NCBI GenBank assembly: GCA_965198115.1
Contig: OZ240241.1
Span: 5,312,001 to 5,376,000, forward strand
Length of the DNA stretch: 64,000 nt
DNA from: Candidatus Latescibacterota bacterium
Lineage (GTDB): Bacteria > Latescibacterota > UBA2968
Direction of reading: 5' to 3'
The translations under genes were made by a program, and so were the position numbers. The number at the start of each line of letters is the position of its first letter. Within the stretch, counting starts at the first letter, position 1. Positions 60,694 through 64,000 of the stretch are shown piece after piece. The notes under the pieces are model-generated. The model ran no database searches. It was not told the origin of the DNA and was given only the letters and a program-made list of their open reading frames with translations.

Positions 60694-63600
60694 TCGTGAA
60701 CCCCCTCGAGGCCAGACTCGCGGATCTGGCCCGTCAGTTCGCCCGACGCGAAAGAGCGAACGCCCTTCTCCGAGCAACCGCGTTCTTCAGCACCCTAACC
60801 GTCGGGCTGGGTCTGTCGTTTCTGCTGCTCGACGGTCGACCCGTGCCGTTGGCCCTTCCCTGTGTCATCTACATCACCTTACTCGTCGTCTGCTGGCGAC
60901 GTTACGTTCGGCCGACGGTCGCCATGTCACGGGAACAGATCGCTCTCTTTCTGGACGAGCGGCATCCCGAACTCCAGAACCTCTTCGTCACCGGAGCCAC
61001 GGCCGAATCGCAACGGGGTCGCCTGCCCGAGTGGGTCCTCGACCGCATCCTCCACACGGCCCGCGAAGAAGCCCAGCGTGTAACGCTTCCCACTTTTTTC
61101 TCCAGCAGGGACGATGCAAGATGGGCGGTGCGTCGGATCGGGATCGTGGCCATCGGTGTGATCGCACTGATCGGTGTCTTCGCCCACTGGGACCTCGATC
61201 GCCTGGGCACCGGGCTCGTCACAGGACTCGTTCCCGAGCCGATCCCGTTCACGGTCGAGCCGGGTGATGCCAGGATCCGATCGGGTGACGATCAGGTCGT
61301 CTGGCTGAGGACGAGCGATCGAACCTCGGCGAAAACCATCCGCTGGCGCGAGGCGGGTGGTGTCTGGCGACGCGATGTCTTTCTCCCGAGCCGGTCTGAG
61401 GATGTCTTCTACTTCCGGCTCGCGTCGGTCCGCGCCGACACCGAATACGGCGCAAGGGTAGGTCAACAGGTGTCGAACGACTACCGCCTGTCCGTCTACA
61501 CGCCTCCGACGATCACGGCCATCGATTTCACCTGCCATTACCCGGACTACCTGCGGCAACCACCCAAACCGTTCCCCTACAGCCACGATCTCAGCATCCC
61601 ACAGGGCGGTGATCTCGACATCGTCGTCCACGTCAACAAGCCGCTGGTCTCGGCGGACCTCTTGTTCGCCGGCGACCCCGACGCCCTCCCTCTCGAACGA
61701 ACATCCGAGCTCCTCTGGCACGGACGATGGACCGTCACGCGCGACGACAGCTTTCGCGTTCATCTCAAGGACGGGATGGGCGACACCAACGAGGACGCGT
61801 CCTGGCACATCATCGAGGCACGCGTCGACGGTGCACCCGTCGTCCGGATCCGCGAACCCAGGGGGGATGGTGAGGCCACGCGAATCGAGGAAATTCCCTT
61901 CCTGTTTACCGTCAAAGACGATCACGGGCTCCACGACTTCGGCATCCAGTACGAAACAGTCGGCGACGACCCTGTTCGCATTTCACTCAGGCGTGAAGCA
62001 GGCATGCCTCAGAACGTGAATGTCGAGCATCTGCTCTCTCTCGAGGATCTGACGCTCGAACCGGGTGATTATCTCGTCTGGAGCGTGTGGGCGGAAGACG
62101 GACGGCACCGGGATCGCTTCGAAACGCTCGGCGATCCGTATTTCCTCGAAATCAGACCTTTTCGCCGCACCTTCAGCGAGGCCGTCACCAACGAAGGCAC
62201 GGAACGCGGAACGGCGGAGGATGCGGATCCTGCATCCAGACAGAAGCAAATCATCATCGGTACCTGGAACCTGCGGCGCCATTCGCGTACCCTCGATGCC
62301 GAGGCCTTCGAGATCCGGCGTGACAGACTCGCAAAGGCCCAGCTCGACCTTGCAGAAGAAGGTCTACCCCTGTCCAAAAAAGCTGCAACCTTTCGCGAGG
62401 CCGCCAACGCGGCCGCCGCTGCCATCCGCGATGCCGACCCGGACGACCCAGCCCCGAACCTCGCTCGAGCGTTGACCGAGGAACAACGTGCGTATCGCGT
62501 ACTCCTCCAACTCCGCCCGAAAGAATCCCAGATCGCTCGTTTCCGGGGGGGTCGAGGAGGAGGTCGCGACGGCGACCGAAACACGATCAACGCCCTGGAG
62601 CTCTCCGACCGGACGGATTTCGAGGAACAGGCCACCACGCTCGACCAGCAGCTCGCCGACACGGAAGCCGTGCGCGACCGGATCGACGACCTGGCGCGCC
62701 GCCAGGCCACGATCAATCGAGACCTCAATGACCTCGTCTCGGAACGACCGGCCGACGCCGTCGTCGAACAGGATAAACGCCGCCTCCAGCGTCTGCTCGA
62801 CGAGCAGCAGCGTGCCCTCGCCGACCTCGATAATCTCCAATCCGACGTGGCCTCACGAAGCCTCGACCCCGAGCAGGCCGCTGCCGCCCGAGGACGTCTC
62901 GGGCAAGCCAGAGAACAGATGGAACGCGGGATGGACAGTCTGGAGCAAGGCGAGTTCCAGCAGGCCCGCGCGGCCGGGCGACGTGCGCGGGGCACCCTCG
63001 ACGAGGCCAACGAGGAGCTGCAACAGCTCTCGCGTCAGGTGGCCGCGGATCGAATGCGACAACTGCAGGAACGGCTGCGCGGGCTGAGTCGGGAGCAGGA
63101 AGGAATCCGCGACCGCATTGCCGAACAGGAAACGCAGCGCGGCGACCTGGCCGCGTCAGAGAGGGCTTCGGAGCACATCCTCGAACGCAAGCGGAACCTG
63201 GCCGGTGATTTTTCAGACTTCATGAATGAAGCGGGTGAGCTCGCCGAGCGATCCGCTCAGAGCCAAACCCTTCTGTCCCATCGACTCGGGGATTGGTTGA
63301 GACGCACGAGTCGCGCCGGCATCTACGAAGACATCGAAAAAGGTGAACGATACATCCGCTACGGCGCGTGGGATGTCTCACGTGACTTCGAAACAGCGTT
63401 GTTAGAACGTCTGACCCGCGCAGCGGACAGTCTCGACGTCATCGCCCGAGACGCCGTCCAGGACGACCTCGAAGCGATGCGGCGTGCGCTGACCGCACTC
63501 GAGGACCTTGCGGAGGAGGAATCGATCGAGGACATCGTCCGTCCCGATGACCGATCCGGACGGGTCTGGGACCGCCAGCTCCGAGCGGCGGAATCCCTCC

Positions 63601-63902
63601 TCCCGGCCGGCTCCGACCTGCAGCAGAGCGTGACGGGTCTTCGCGACAACCTCGAATCGCTCGGTCGACGCTACCGCGCCTCGAACCAGCTTCCCCATCG
63701 CGACATCGTCGTCGGGGCCATCCTGAATCCCCTCAACGAGATCGTCGACCGCCTGCGACTCGACATCCGGCAACGGGAACGCGGTCTGCGACTCGACATC
63801 CCCGACGCTCGTAGCGTTCCCGAGCGATATCGCGACCACGTCGCCGAATACTTCCGTGCGTTGTCCGAGCGGGCGTCGGCCGAAGCGGAAGATCGACCGT
63901 GA
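60690..63902 (+). CDS. Large membrane-anchored Ig-like/coiled-coil protein (DUF4175-like)
   Basis: N-terminal TM helices, YPDY, DDHGL, long Q/E/R-rich helical region, VPERYR..V.EYF end. Confidence 0.72.
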   Translation: MIVNPLEARLADLARQFARRERANALLRATAFFSTLTVGLGLSFLLLDGRPVPLALPCVIYITLLVVCWRRYVRPTVAMSREQIALFLDERHPELQNLFVTGATAESQRGRLPEWVLDRILHTAREEAQRVTLPTFFSSRDDARWAVRRIGIVAIGVIALIGVFAHWDLDRLGTGLVTGLVPEPIPFTVEPGDARIRSGDDQVVWLRTSDRTSAKTIRWREAGGVWRRDVFLPSRSEDVFYFRLASVRADTEYGARVGQQVSNDYRLSVYTPPTITAIDFTCHYPDYLRQPPKPFPYSHDLSIPQGGDLDIVVHVNKPLVSADLLFAGDPDALPLERTSELLWHGRWTVTRDDSFRVHLKDGMGDTNEDASWHIIEARVDGAPVVRIREPRGDGEATRIEEIPFLFTVKDDHGLHDFGIQYETVGDDPVRISLRREAGMPQNVNVEHLLSLEDLTLEPGDYLVWSVWAEDGRHRDRFETLGDPYFLEIRPFRRTFSEAVTNEGTERGTAEDADPASRQKQIIIGTWNLRRHSRTLDAEAFEIRRDRLAKAQLDLAEEGLPLSKKAATFREAANAAAAAIRDADPDDPAPNLARALTEEQRAYRVLLQLRPKESQIARFRGGRGGGRDGDRNTINALELSDRTDFEEQATTLDQQLADTEAVRDRIDDLARRQATINRDLNDLVSERPADAVVEQDKRRLQRLLDEQQRALADLDNLQSDVASRSLDPEQAAAARGRLGQAREQMERGMDSLEQGEFQQARAAGRRARGTLDEANEELQQLSRQVAADRMRQLQERLRGLSREQEGIRDRIAEQETQRGDLAASERASEHILERKRNLAGDFSDFMNEAGELAERSAQSQTLLSHRLGDWLRRTSRAGIYEDIEKGERYIRYGAWDVSRDFETALLERLTRAADSLDVIARDAVQDDLEAMRRALTALEDLAEEESIEDIVRPDDRSGRVWDRQLRAAESLLPAGSDLQQSVTGLRDNLESLGRRYRASNQLPHRDIVVGAILNPLNEIVDRLRLDIRQRERGLRLDIPDARSVPERYRDHVAEYFRALSERASAEAEDRP

Positions 63903-64000
63903 ACGCGTGGCTCGTTCGCTATCTGGCTCGAGAAACCGGCCGAAGCTACCACGACGTTGGCTTCGCTTTCGAGGCTGTCGCCGACCCCGCCACAGGAGCA
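63899..64000 (+). CDS. Start of next operon gene (partial)
   Basis: GTGA overlap with the upstream stop; frame open to the window end. Confidence 0.45.
   Translation, partial: MNAWLVRYLARETGRSYHDVGFAFEAVADPATGA

Noticed and set aside
3553-63839. Long antisense or alternate-frame ORFs (e.g. 3553-4713, 7477-8928, 10628-11836, 34358-35449, 60927-61934)
   Set aside because: Shadow ORFs expected in GC-rich coding DNA; no recognisable motifs; they overlap well-supported genes.

Overview
GC-rich bacterial chromosomal window. About 51 kb is a dense run of catabolic enzyme paralogues: 4 sulfatases, 5 Gfo/Idh/MocA oxidoreductases, 3 PhyH dioxygenases, 2 SDRs, 2 TPP enzymes, 2 GH32-like, 2 oligogalacturonate-lyase-like, several beta-propeller and GHL10-like proteins, and a MocD-like di-iron oxygenase. 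I recognise no transporter or transcription regulator in it. The content resembles Latescibacterota/Poribacteria-type genomes (inference). This is followed by an IS256-ISL3-IS1595 pile-up with signs of a deletion, and then a coupled MoxR-DUF58-BatA/vWA-coiled-coil operon. The most unusual signal is intergenic. There is a ~135-bp three-hairpin element placed directly after stop codons, a GAGCGGAGTCGA hairpin family whose stems covary, and 9-nt and 7-nt periodic repeats. The last three are almost all on the + strand regardless of gene direction. Several genes carry single-base frameshifts or nonsense codons, which could be decay or sequencing error. No rRNA, tRNA or CRISPR array was found. All family assignments come from motif recognition by eye, not database searches.
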